Assembly: GCF_963921235.1 (NCBI RefSeq)
Contig: NC_086097.1
Span: 170,378,001-170,442,000, forward strand
Source: Mobula hypostoma
Taxonomy: Eukaryota
Length of the DNA stretch: 64,000 nucleotides
Reading direction: 5' to 3'
Numbering within the stretch: position 1 is the stretch's first letter; each line of letters begins with the position of its first letter. Shown here piece by piece: positions 22,626 to 35,034 of the stretch. The notes under the pieces were generated by a model that did no database searches, was not told the origin of the DNA, and worked only from the letters and a program-made list of their open reading frames with translations. Made by a program: the position numbers and the translations under genes.

Positions 22626-23442
22626 AGAGAGAGAGAGAGGGAGGGGGGGAGAGAGAGGGACAGGGGGGAGAGAGAGGGACAGGGGGAGAGAGAGGGAGAG
22701 GGGGAGAGAGAGGGAGAGGGAGAGGGGGAGAGAAAAAGAGGGAGGGGGAGAGAGAGAGAGAGGAGAGAGGGGAGAGAGAGAGGGGGAGAGAGAGAGGGAG
22801 AGAGAGAGGGGAGAGAGAGAGAGGGGGGAGAGAGAGGGGAAGAGAAAGGGAAAGGGAGGGGGGAGAGAGGGAGGGGGAGAGAGAGAGAGAGGGGAGGGAG
22901 AGGGAGGGGGGAGAGAGAGGGAGGGGGAGAGAGAGGGAGGGGGAGGGAGAGGGAGGGGGAGAGAGAGGGAGAGAGAGGGGGAGAGGGAGAGAGAGAGGGA
23001 GAGAGGGGGAGAGAGAGGGAGAGGGGGGAGAGAGGGGGAGAGAGAGAGGGGAGAGAGGGGGAGAGAGAGAGAGGGAGAGAGGGGGAGAGAGAGAGAGGAG
23101 AGGGAGGGGGGAGAGAGAGGGAGAGGGGGAGAGAGGGGGAGAGAGAGAGGGAGAGAGAGAGGGGGAGAGGGAGAGAGGGGGAGAGAGGGGGGAGAGAGGG
23201 GGAGAGAGGGAGGAGAGAGAGAGGGAGAGAGAGAGGGGGGAGAGAGAGGGGGGAGAGAGAGAGAGGGAGAGAAGGGGAGAGAGAGAGGGAGAGAGGGAGA
23301 GAGAGGGAGAGAGGGGGAGAGAGGGAGAGGGGGGAGAGAGAGAGGGAGAGAGGGAGGGGGGATAGAGAGAGAGGGAGGGAGAGAGGGGGAGAGAGGGAGA
23401 GGTAGAGAGGGGGAGAGAGGGAGAGAGGGGGAGAGAGAGAGA
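22626..23442 (+). repeat. 817-nt polypurine (GA/GGA/GGGA) low-complexity tract
   Basis: Only four pyrimidines seen (22661, 22680, 23363, 23403); explains the spurious ER/G-rich and SLP-rich ORFs. Confidence 0.97.
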
Positions 23443-23908
23443 TATGCTGCCTGACCTGCTGAATTGTTCCATCATTTTGTGTCTGTGGCTCCAAATCCAA
23501 AGTTGCACTTCACCCTGGATCCCATGTTTTTTTTTATCTTCTAAATCAGTTTATAGGTCGACATTGGTTATATCTACAATATTACCCTCATCAAGCTCCT
23601 TTGTTAGCTCCTCAAAAAGTCAATCAGGTTTGTAAGGTATGACCTGCCCTACATAAAGCTATGCTGGGAGGGTCAGGCAGTATCTGTGGTGGGGAAAGGT
23701 ATAAGCTGAAATTTTGGTTTGAGATCCTGCATCAGTAAAGAGAGGGAGGAGGAAGGATTCCCATTATGCTGTAGTTGAAAGGTGGGGTGAGGGTTGGTGG
23801 GTGGATAAAAGAGACTTGTAGATAGGTGGAACCAGATGGGGAGGGGATGATTGGCAGCTAGAACCAGGTCTAAACAGGAGATGTGGGAGGTGACCAAGGG
23901 GGTTAAAA

Positions 23909-24358
23909 ATTAGATTAGATTAGATTAGATTCAACTTTATTGTCATTGTGTTGAGTACAGATACAAAGCCAATGAAATTCAGTTAGTATCTGACTAGAAA
24001 TGCAAAGAATAGTGTTATTTACAAAATAACTGCGAATAAAAAGTAAGTGCTACAGTATACAAATATAAATGCACTGAGACAGTACAATATGGGTGCAATA
24101 CTGCTTAGCGCTGTGTTGTGAGGTTCAGCAGGGTCACAGCCTCAGGGAAGAAGCTCTCCCTGTGCCTGCTGGTGCAGGAGTGGAGGCTCCTGTAGTGCCT
24201 ACCGGATGGGAGGAGAGTAAAAAGTCCATGGTTAGGGTGAGATACATCCTTGATAATGCTTTTCACCCTGCCCAGGCAGTGTTTATGGTAGATGTTCTCA
24301 ATGGTGGGCAATTAGGTGCCGATAATCTGCTGGGCAGTTTTCATCACATGCTGGAGTA
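23909..24358 (-). mobile_element. Rex1/Babar-like LINE 3' end with (TCTAA)n tail
   Basis: KSIIKDVSHPNHGLFTLLPSGRHYRS; TTAGA repeats at ~23909-23931. Confidence 0.85.
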
Positions 24359-24775
24359 CTTTGAATGAACTTGACCTTTTCTCCTTGGAGCGATGGAGGA
24401 TGAGAGGTGACCTGGTAGAGGTGTATAAGATGATGAGAGGCATTGATTGTGTAGATGGTCAGAGGCTTTTTCCCAGGGCTGAAATGGCTAACACGAGAGG
24501 GCACAGTTTTAAGGTGCTTGGAGGTCGTTACAGAGAAGATGTGAGGGGTAAGTTTTTTTACGCAGAGAGTGGTGAGTGTGTGGAATGGGCTGCCGATGAC
24601 CGTGGTGGAGGCGGATACGATAGGATCTTTTAAGAGACTCCTGAATAGGTACATGGAGATCATAAAAATAGAGGGCTATGGGTAACCTGAGGTAATTTCT
24701 AAAGTAAGTACATGTTTGGCAGAGCATTGTAGGCCAAGAGGCCTGTAGGTTTTCTTTGTTTCTATGTTTCTATGA
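24359..24775 (+). mobile_element. CR1 LINE 3' fragment
   Basis: LDLFSLERWRMRGDLVEVYKMMRG...TRGHSFKV; (TTCTATGT)n tail. Confidence 0.9.
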
Positions 24776-25364
24776 ATTCTGGGTTTAATATACACTTAGA
24801 AATGCTATCCTATTTGGAGTCAGTTCTACAATTTTTGATAATCCCTCAATGTTGAATATTTCTTTTACTCTATTTCTCATAGAATTCTTTGTTCATAAAA
24901 CACAAATTCAATTTACACGTTTTGTAAGTTAGTATTTTAAATCCAGATATACCTGGATTTAAATTCTGACTTCTGTGTCATACTCTGCAGAGGAAGTGAA
25001 GCATCCTTTCACCCTGCAGGTTCAACTGCTCAGCTTTGTAATTCATCAAACAGTGATATTTGCTGGCATTTTGTATTCTGAAATCCATTCATATCTTGTC
25101 ATAATCTTTGTATAAAAGAACAGCAAATCTGTTAATCGTATGGTTTTCTGACTGAAAGGAAAAGACTTAAATACCCAAACCACCTTTCAGTGCATTCCAG
25201 ATGGCCTTCCATTGTGGAAGTGCATTAAGAAGGTAGTCGGTTTGGGTGTAGAAAAGTGGGAAATATATTAGCCAATGCAGGACCTAAGGACATAGTTAGG
25301 GACACCATCCATGTCAGCTTCTGATAACTCAAGCCCTCCAGTCCCAGTAGCAACCCTATGGATC

Positions 25365-26850
25365 TCTCTGGAGCCATAAGATCATAATAAGATCTTGAGA
25401 CATAGTAAGCCATTCAGCTCATCAAAACTTCTCTACCATTCAATTAAAACTGATTTATTTTTTTCCTCTCAACCCATTCTTCTGCTTTCTCCCCCTAACT
25501 TCTAACACCCTTTTTAATCAAGGTCTTATCAATCTCCATGCGATGTATTAGGAGGATGATGGCACCAAATGGCAACTCCTTTGCTTGCGTCTTCGGAAAC
25601 AGCTCTATTCCGATTTTTGACATCTCTTTTTTTAACCTTTCAAGGTTCTTTTGAAGACCCCGAACTGGAGTTACACTCTGACTTTGGTTCTTTGCAGGAA
25701 TGGGACCCGCTCTCAGGGCCTCATGACTGGCTGTTTTTTGATATGCCAAGGGTGCAGCCTGGAAGAATAGCACACCTTCTGGGTGCTAGATTTTCAAGGC
25801 TCCGGAGGCAGGCGGATTTCAAGGCCGGTGTCACCGCCTGATGGGTTGTGGGAGAAGGAAGATTGTATGCAGTGAGCTGGCTGCTGGCTGTGTGCCCAAA
25901 GACCTGAGTTCTTTGGGCAAAGAGCTCCGAAAAAGCGATGCAACAGATTTTAAACATCATAAATCAGTGAGTTGCTTTGTTATGTCTCCCCCTCGCTGTG
26001 AAATGGGGACACCTCTTTTTCCCTTATCAGGGAGAGAGAGAGCCTGTGGTATGTCGAATTACCAGATGAACGAGTAGTCTTTGGGGTACTGCAAGTCTGT
26101 GTCTTTGTTGATGCTTTTCTGCACACTTGAGTGCTCGGTGGGAGGGTGCCGATGCTTTTTTTGCTGCTGGGGGGGTGGGGTTCATTGCTTTGCTGCTGCT
26201 TATGCGTGGGAGGTGGGAGTTGCGGGGGGTCTTTGGAGTTCTAACGTTTAACTGTCATTCATTCTTTGGGGCACTCCTCTGTTTTTGTGGATGTTTGTGA
26301 AGAAAAAGAATTTCAGGATGTATATTGTATACATTTCTCTGACATTAAATGTACCTATTGAAACCTTCACTTTATGTACCTGATGATTTGACCTCCACTG
26401 CCGCCTGTGGTAATAATTTCCACAGATTCTTCCTCATCACTGTTCTAAAGGAATGTTGTGCTCTCTGGTCCTAGACTTTCCCACTATGGGAGACATCCGA
26501 TTCATGTCCACTCTACCCAGTCCTTTCAATATTTGGTAGGTTTCAATGAGATCCCCCTCCTCATCCTTCTAAACTCTAGTGAGTAGAGGTTTAGAGCAAT
26601 CAAATGCCTTTCATTTCTGTGATCCTTCTCGTAAATCTCCCCTGCACCCTCTCCAATGCCAACACATCCTTCCTTGGATATGGAACCCAAACTAATCACA
26701 GTACTCCAAATGTAGTCTGGCTAATGCCATATAAATCCTCAACATTACATCCTTGCTTTTACATTCTAGTCCTTTCAAAATTAATGCTAATATTGCATTT
26801 GCTTTCCTTACTACTGACTCAACCTTTAAGTTAACAGCTAGGGAATCCTG
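25365..26850 (-). mobile_element. CR1 3' fragment split by an unrelated insertion (25539-26365)
   Basis: CR1 3' UTR at 25365-25538 continues at 26366-26850 (TTCCACAGATTC, GGTTTCAATGAGATCCCC, GCATTTGCTTTCC). Confidence 0.75.
25539..26365 (+). mobile_element. Unclassified non-autonomous retroposon with a Rex-like 3' tail
   Basis: Interrupts a CR1; no recognisable protein motif; ends GTATATTGTATACATTTCTCTGACATTAAATGTACCTATTGAA, resembling Rex-like tails in this window. Confidence 0.55.
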
Positions 26851-27929
26851 CACTTGAATTTCTAGCTTTTCCAGCTTTTAAGCAGAGCATTGTAAATTCT
26901 TGATTAGTAAGGGCATCAATGGTTGTGGGAGATGGCAGGAGAACGGAGTGGAGAGGGATACAAATACAGCCATGATGGTGGAGCAGAATTGATGGCCTGA
27001 ATGGCCTAATTCTGCTTCTATATCTTATGGCCTTATGGTTTTATGATCTTAATACAACCTTCCAATTGCTGGGTGAGCCATCTCATCCAGAAACTTCTTA
27101 TTATAAATGCTTCTTACTCCTTTCTTCTGTATTATTAGACTTGTTTTCACTTTCAGTTTCCAGAAAGGCTGAAGCACTAAGTCTATTTCTTGACAAATCC
27201 TGCCTGTATTTCCAGCAATTTTTGCTTTAAGATTTTCACAGGTTCTTGAGCTCGCAAACTCTGAAAAGATAGTTTTATAGACCATGCTATGAATAACGTG
27301 GAGAGCTAATTCTGAAATTAGCATCCTTAAAAAATTTCCCATGGCCTTGTATTTTCTCTAAGGTAACTTTTGGTGGTCCAACACTAAGGTTTCAGAAGTA
27401 ACTTTATTTTGAGATGGGAACTTAACATACTGTATACTACTGCCCTACTGCAAAGTTTCTTCAAGGTATGCCTCCTCTCTTTGGCAGGAGCTCTGTGAGA
27501 GTCACTCTCATTGTTCTGCCTCTGTGATTTCTGGTGCTCTCCAACATTTTGACCATGTACTCACCCATATTTCCTGCTTCACCCTTCACTCCACCGCTTT
27601 GTACTTCCCTTTTCTTTCCAGTCAACCCAAAAAGTTTACTGTGTCCATTTCCCGCTGTAGATGCTACGTAGCTTGCTGTGTTTCTTCAGCACATTTGTGA
27701 TGTGCCTAACATATACTTCCCAACATTCTTTACTCCAGTTTCCCATCCATGTCTCTCCTGGTTCCTGCATCAGTCAGTTATTGTATCTGTTACACTCCGT
27801 TTCACTCCGAATGTCCCAGCCTTTGAAACCTGATTGCTCAAATACAGTTTGACTCTGTAAGTCCAAATGTAACATAAAGGCTAGCAAAGTACTGTATATA
27901 AACCCCAAACTACCAGCATTGGATTGCTA

Positions 27930-28665
27930 GAAGGTTCAACTACGAAGTGCTTGTGAAGGTTTATAAAATTATGAGAGGCATAGATTAGATGAGCTAGCAA
28001 TATTAGAGAGTCCAAAACTAGAGGGCATAGGTTTATAATGAGAGGGGTGAGATTTAAAATGGACCTGAGGGGGTGACCTTTTCACACAAGACTGTGGTGT
28101 GCATACGGAGTGAGCAATTAGGGAAGTATTAGAGGGAGGTACAATTATGACTTTTAAGAGACACATGGATAGGGTCCAGAGGAGGTTTATGAAAATGATC
28201 CTGGGAATGAAAGGGTTAATGTATGAGGATTGCTTGAGGTCTCTGGGCTTGTACTTACTAGAGTCTAGAAGAATGAGGGGGTGTTCAGTGGAACTTATCG
28301 AACACTGAAAAACCTAAATAGAGTGGACATGGAGAAGATGTTTCCTATAGAGGTGTCTAGGACCAAGAAACACAGCTTCAGAATACATGGAAATCCCTTT
28401 GGAACAGAGATGAAAAGGAATTTCTCTAGCTAGAGAGTGGTGAATCTGTGGAATTCACTGCCACAGGTGGCTGTGGCGGTCAAGTCATTAGGTATACTTA
28501 AAGTGGAGGTTGATAAGTTCTTAATTTGTAAGGGCATCAAATATTATGGGGGGGAAGACAAGAAAATGGGGTTAAAAGGGAAAATATATCAGCCATGATT
28601 GAATGACAAGCAGATTTGATGGGCTCGTCATGGCCTAATTCTGTCCCAAGTCTTAATGCCTTATG
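27930..28665 (+). mobile_element. Two abutting CR1 3' fragments
   Basis: 27930-28170 and 28171-28665 each show CR1 C-terminal remnants (RGHRF, RVVNLWNSLP) and UTR. Confidence 0.75.
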
Positions 28666-28761
28666 AATACGAAATGTTTAGATAGATATGGACAATTGCT
28701 GGCAGTAAGACCAGCTCAGTTAGGAAACCTGGACGGCATAAAAAGGTTGGGATGAAGGGCT

Positions 28762-30605
28762 TAGAAACATAGAAAACCTATAGCACAATATAAGCCCTTC
28801 GGCCCACAAAGTTGTGCCGAACATGTCCCTACTTTAGAAATTACTAGGGTTACCCATAGCCCTCTATTTTTCTAAGCTCCATATACCTATCCAAAATTTT
28901 CATAAAAGACCCTATCGTATCCGCCTCCACCACTGTTGCCGGCAGCCCATTCCACGCACTCACCACTCTCTGCGTAAAAAACTTACCCCTGATGTCTCCT
29001 CTGTACCTACTCCCCAGCACCTTAAACCTGTGCCCTCTTGTGGCAGCCATTTCAGCCCTGGGAAAAACCCTGACTATCCACACGATCAATGCCTCTCATC
29101 ATCTTATACACCTCTATCAGGTCACCTCTCATCCTCTGTCGCCCCAAGGAGAAAAGGCCGAGTTCATTCAACCTGTTTTCATAAGGCATGCTCCCCAATC
29201 CAGGCAACATCCTTGTAAACCTCCTCTGCACCCTTTTCTATGGTTTCCACATCCTTTCTGTAGTGAGGCGACCAGAACTGAGCACAGTACTCCAAGTGAG
29301 GTCTGACCAGGGTCCTATATAGCTGCAACATTAGCTCTTGGCTCCTAAATCCATTTCCACGATTGATGAAGGCCAATACACCGTATGTCTTCTGAACCAC
29401 AGAGCCAACCTGCTCAGCTCCTTTGAGTGTCCTACGGACTCGGACCCCAAGATCCCTCTGATCCTCCATACTGCCAAGAGACTTACCATCAATACTATAT
29501 TTTGCCATCATATTTGACCGACCAAAATGAACCACTTCACACTTATCTGGTTTGAACTCCATCTGGCAATCCTCAGCCCAGTTTTGCATCTTATCAATGT
29601 CCCACTGTAACCTCTGACAGCTCTCCACACTGCCCACAACACCCCAAACGCTGGAGGAACTCAGTAGATCGGGCAGCATCCGTGGAAACGATCAGTCGAT
29701 GTTTTGGGCCAGAACCGTTTCCACGGATGCTGCCTGATCTGCTGAGTTCCTCCAGCATGTTGTAAGTGTTGCTTTGACCCCAGCGTCTGCAGATTATTTT
29801 GTGTTCACAACATCCCAACCTTTGTGTCATCAGCAAACTTACTAACACATCCCTCCACTTCCTCATCCAGATCATTTATAAAAATCACGAAAAGTAAGGG
29901 TCCCAGAACAGATCCCTGAGGCACATCACTGGTCACCAACCCTCCATGCAGAATATGACCCATCTACAACCACTCTTTGCCTTCTGTGGGCAAGCCAGTT
30001 CTGGATCCACAAAGCAATGTCCCCTTGGATCCCATGCCTCCTTACCTTCTCAATTAGCCTTGCATGTGGTACCTTATGAAATGCCTTGCTGAAATCCATG
30101 TACACTACATCTCCTGCTCTTCCTTCATCAATGTGTTTAGTCACATCCTCAAAAAATTCAGTCAGGCTCGTAAGGCACGACCTGCCCTTGACTATTCCTA
30201 ATCATATTATACCTCTCCAAATGTTCATAAATCCTGCCTCTCAGGATCTTCTCCATCAAATTACCAACCACTGAAGTAAGACTCACTGGTCTATAATTTC
30301 CTGGGCTATCCCTACTCCCTTTCTTGAATAAGGGAACAACATCTGCAACCCTCTATTCCTCCGAAATCTCTCCTGTCCCCATTGATGATGCAAAGATCAT
30401 CACCAGAGGCTCAGCAATCTCCTCCCTTGCCTCCCCCAGTAGCCTGGGGTACATCTCATCCAGTCCTGGTGAATTATCCAACTTGATGCTTTCCAAAAGC
30501 TCCAGGGCACCCTCTTTCTTAATATCTACATGCTCAAGCTTTTCAGTCCACTGCAAGTCATCACTACAATCACTAAGATCCTTTTCCATAGTGAATACTG
30601 AAGTA
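28762..30605 (-). mobile_element. CR1 LINE 3' half (RT to 3' UTR)
   Basis: SPGLDEMYPRLL, VYMDFSKAFHKVPH, KFADDT, LYRTLVRPHLEYCAQFWSPHYRKD, FFTQRVVSAWNGLP. Confidence 0.93.
29648..29805. mobile_element. Short foldback element built from Penelope 3' tail, with 13-bp TSD
   Basis: Inverted arms 29650-29690 / 29716-29756; TSD CACAACACCCCAA (29635-29647) / CACAACATCCCAA (29806-29818); interrupts CR1 RT. Confidence 0.85.
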
Positions 30606-30968
30606 AGGCTTGTTTCTATGCTGTTTAGCTTTATGATTCTCTATTACTATAGCCAAGTTCCATCAGCACACTGAGGCCAGTATCCACCATGCTACCTTAC
30701 TAAATGGAATTAGGGTCTTGGATACAGCATGGAAACAAACTCTTCAGCCCAACTGGTCCATGCCAATCAAGATGCCCCATTCAAGCTTATTCTATATGAC
30801 TGCATCTGGTCCATAAGTTGAAAACATTTCTTATTGGTGTACCTGTGCAACTGTCATTTAATTGGCTCAAATCTGGCAGCTCAAAATTGGACATCCTTGA
30901 TCATCATCAACAGCAGAAATGAATCTCACCATGACTGTAACCCCATTGCTTGGCATGTACCTCATTGC

Positions 30969-32160
30969 CATCATCATCATCAGGCCCAGTTTGAGCTTTG
31001 ACTGCCATGGCCCACACACTCCTGTTTTGGGTCAAGTGGATCAATTCATTGGCATTCATTTCCAGTTATCTGTCTGCAGTCTCCATCATCATTTGTCTTT
31101 GCCTTCCTTTTGTTTTCTTCCCTTCAATCTTTCCCATAATTACCGCGCATTCTAACTCCTCTTTCCTAATCACATGTCAAATGAAGTTACGTTTCCTTTT
31201 CATGATCTCATACATTATTTCACTTTTTGAGCTTGCTCTATTCATAACATCCTCATGACATATCATTTCATCCATGATATTCTTTGCATCCTCCTCAAAA
31301 ACCACATCTCTGCTGATTCAGTTTGTTTCCTCATGTTACTAGATATTGTCCAACATTCTGATCCATATAACATAACTGGATAAATGTAACATTTCAGTAC
31401 TCTGAGGCAGGTTGTCATGCCTAGTTTAGTGTTGGTCAGTATACTCTTCATTCTCGTAAAGGTGTCTTTGGCCATCCTTATTCTTCTTTTGATGTCCATG
31501 TCGCACCTGCCATCTGTTGTCACCCAGCTTCCTAAGTAGCAAAAGTTCTGTACTTGTTTTATGTCTTCCCCATTTATTTTCAGCCACAGAGAGGATTCTT
31601 CTTCTTTTTGGATATCACCATACATTCTGTCTTTTTGCAATTGATAGATAGACCCATTTTTGCACTTTCTTCAACAATTATATCAATTAAGTTTTGTAGC
31701 TCTTCTTGCAATTAACACAGTGTCATCCGCATATCTGAAATTATTGATGTTTTCACCGCCAACTTTGATTCCCAAGATGTCTCTTATTTTTTGTAATATT
31801 GTTTCACTGTACATATTAAACTAATCAGGGGAGAAAACACACCCTTGTCTAACACCTCTCTTGATTTTCGTAAACTGACTCACTTCTCCATCTATTCTTA
31901 CAGCAGCAGTTTGTTCCCAGTACAGATTTCTGATTAGGCGGATGTCTTTCGAATCTGGATCTAGAGTTTCCAGTAATATTTCAAATAACTTATTGTGCTT
32001 CACTTCATCAAATTCTTTTGTGTAGTCGATAAAACAAACAAATCTTTTTGCACTTGAATATCTCGTTCTGATAGTATCCTTAACATCAATATCGTGTTTC
32101 TTGTACCTTTGTCTTTTACAAAAACCACATTGTCCTTTACCTATTTCAGCTTGTACCTCA
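30969..32160 (-). mobile_element. RTE/BovB-like LINE 3' fragment
   Basis: FIDY, GVRQGCVFSP, LRYADD, NFCYLGS, YPVMLYGSECWT; (GAT)n tail at 30969-30982; internal deletion near 31260. Confidence 0.9.
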
Positions 32161-32179
32161 TTGTACCATTGCTTTTAAA

Positions 32180-32600
32180 CCATAAGATCATAGATCATAA
32201 GACATAAGAGCAGGATTAGACCGTTTGGCCTGTTGAGTCTGCTCGGTCATACAATCATGGTTAAATTTTTTTAACTTCATTCTCCTGCCTTCTCACCATA
32301 ACCTTTCACCCTCATATGAATCAAGAACCAATCAATCTCTACCTTAACTACTTCCAATGACTTGGCTTGCTCAGCCCTCTGTGACAGCAAATTGCACAGA
32401 TTCATTACCAGGTAGCTGAAGAAATTCCTCTACTAGTTCTAAAGCAATGTCTCTTTTTTAAGGTTGTGTCCTCAGCAGCTAGACCAATGGAAACAACCTC
32501 TCCATGTTCACTTTATCCAGGCCTTTCAGCAGCTGGTAGTTTAAAATAACATCCCCTTTCGTCCTCTGAACTCCATTGAATACAGGCCCGATATGAGTGG
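32180..32600 (-). mobile_element. CR1 3' fragment
   Basis: CR1 UTR with CATAAGA-type repeats; LKGLDKVNMERLFPLV. Confidence 0.8.
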
Positions 32601-32756
32601 AAGCAGGAATACAAAGAGCTGCCAATGTTGGAATCTGATAAGGTGACGAAGTGAGAATGGGAGAAGGGAAAGGCAGTTGGAAACTCTGGAACCAGAGCCA
32701 GAGACAGTGAGAAGCTATTTGCCCTCTTGTGATGGAGGGATTCATTAGTATGATAA

Positions 32757-33125
32757 TAGAAACATAGAAACATAGAAAATAGGTGCAGGAGTAGGCCATT
32801 CAGCCCTTCGAGCCTGCACCGCCATTTATTATGATCATGGCTGACCATCCAACTCAGAACCCCGCCCCAGCCTTCCCTCCATACCCCCTGACCCCTGTAG
32901 CCACAAGGGCCATATCTAACTCCCTCTTAAACATAGCCAATGAACTGGCCTCAACTGTTTCCTGTGGCAGAGAATTCCACAGATTCACCACTCTCTGTGT
33001 GAAGAAGTTTTTCCTAATCTCGGTCTTAAAAGGCTTCCCCTCTATCCTCAAACTGTGACCCCTCGTTCTGGACCTCCCCAACATCGGGAACAATCTTCCC
33101 GCATCTAGCCTGTCCAATCCCTTTA
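32757..33125 (-). mobile_element. Young CR1 3' fragment
   Basis: Open frame DRLDAGRLFPMLGRSRTRGHSLRIEG...QRVVNLWNSLPQ; (TTTCTATG)n tail. Confidence 0.9.
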
Positions 33126-33249
33126 GTGAGGCAATGGACTGGATTGAGTTTTGCTGAGGCCCGAAAAAGAGCGCAAGATTGAAGAAGATGGAGGTGCATA
33201 GCCACCAACCCCGGATTCGGGATGGTACCCACTGACTGACTGACTGACT
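33126..33249 (+). mobile_element. Short RTE-like 3' end with (GACT)n tail
   Basis: QWTGLSFAEARKRAQD*RRWRCIATNP resembles an RTE C-terminus; ends ACTGACTGACTGACTGACT. Confidence 0.6.
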
Positions 33250-35034
33250 TAATTAGTTTCAAAATCAAAGTTATGGATGCAAAGGAGGGAATGTTTACTC
33301 CAGTAAAAGGTTAAAGCATTTACTTTGTTTCTCTATCTATTAATGTTGTCTGACCTGCTGAGTATTTGTTTAATAAAACTTTTTGTGTTTTATTAATACA
33401 AGGGATTCTGCAGATTATGGAAATCAAGAGTAGCACATGCTGGAGCATCTCAGCAAGTCGGACAACATCCATGAAAAGTAATAAAGAACCTTGAAGGGTC
33501 TCAGCCTGAAACATCAACTCGCTGAGTTCTTCCAGTATTTTGCATTTGTGCTACTTTGTGTTTTCATTACTGTATTTAGAGTCAGAGCATGGAATCAGGC
33601 CCTTCGGCCCTAGTCATTCATGCCAATTCTGTAACCTACCAAACTCATCGCTTTTGCCTACATTTAGTCCATATCCCTCTGAACCCCTCCTATCAATGTA
33701 TTTGAATATCTTTTGAATGTTGTCATTGTACACCTCTCAACCACTCTGTCATAAACACAACATACTCTTTGTGGAGAAGTGCCCTTCAGGTTCCTTTTAA
33801 ATCTTTCCCCCTTTACTTTAAACCTATGCCCTTAAGTTTTAAGTTCATATTACCTGGGATAAGGACTATGTACATTCACCCTAATAATGTCCCTGATGTT
33901 AAGGACACCCCTCAATCCCCTACACTCTGAGGAACAAAGTCTTTGTGTCAGCCCATGAATCCAATAACTGTGCAAGAAGCCTTCTCGCTGAAAACCACTC
34001 CTCAGTCACCTTTGCAAGAAGCAAACTGACATTTTATTTTAGCACTCAATTAAAATTACCGGTCGACAGAAACTTAATCCTAAAACTGGGAGCAGGAAAT
34101 GGAGGCTAGTAGGAAGACATTCATCTGTTGATTTTGGATTCTGGATTTCCTGTTGTGCCATCCTGGCCTCCAGCATCAATAGAGAATGCTGTTTCTCAAA
34201 GATAATTTTGTATCATATGAACTTGACCCAACACAAATTGAGACTTTGATGGTCATGGAGTGGTATTCCACCAGCATGGAAACAACTCATTAGAAGAGTG
34301 CATGTTGCCAACTTGTTGTTTTACTACAGGCAATAAGCAAGTATAAAGCTGTTCGAGGATTCAGACCAACACATATTGGAAAAGTTTTCCAATATTCACA
34401 GTGTTGGGCACAAATAAATTAAAAGAGAATTGCTCAGTTACATTTGAGCTGTGATTTAGCTGGGCATAACTTAACCTGTCCTCAGAGTTAGCTTGTGGAG
34501 TTCTAGTCCTTGTTTATACCTTATGAATAATTCTTAATGCTTTCCCTGTCTTTAATGTTGGGAAACATAACTGCATAACCAATGATGAATGGAGGGAAAA
34601 ATGAAATAATTGGTAAAACAGGATATTCTCTTTGCAAAGAATTAAATTGATGTGAATTCAGCATAATTTTCTGGGTGAATAAGTGTCATGTTTTTAAGTG
34701 AAACTTGAAGGTTTCTTTCGATTTACAAAATGACAGCATTTTGCAGAAGTGACAGGCACAATTTAAGACTAAATAACATAAAACAATACTCGAATGGGTG
34801 AAACCACAAATGCTGGAATCTAGAGCAACAAGCAATATGCTGGAGGAACTCAGCGGGGCTGAGATTCTGAGAGGGGTGAAGAATTGTCAATATCCTGCTT
34901 CAGAACTGAGCGTGCAGAGGAGAGATAGCCAGTATCAAGCGGATGAAGTATACTTACATGATTCATGAACACATTTCTTACCTACCTGATTACACTTCTG
35001 GTAGCTTTTGTGTTCCTGCTTATAACCCCTCCCC

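Noticed and set aside
22504..23508. Four long ORFs (266-316 aa, ER/G-rich or S/L/P-rich)
   Set aside because: Artefacts of the stop-free polypurine tract.
23909..23931. Telomere-like repeat
   Set aside because: The unit is TTAGA, not TTAGGG, and it is a LINE tail.
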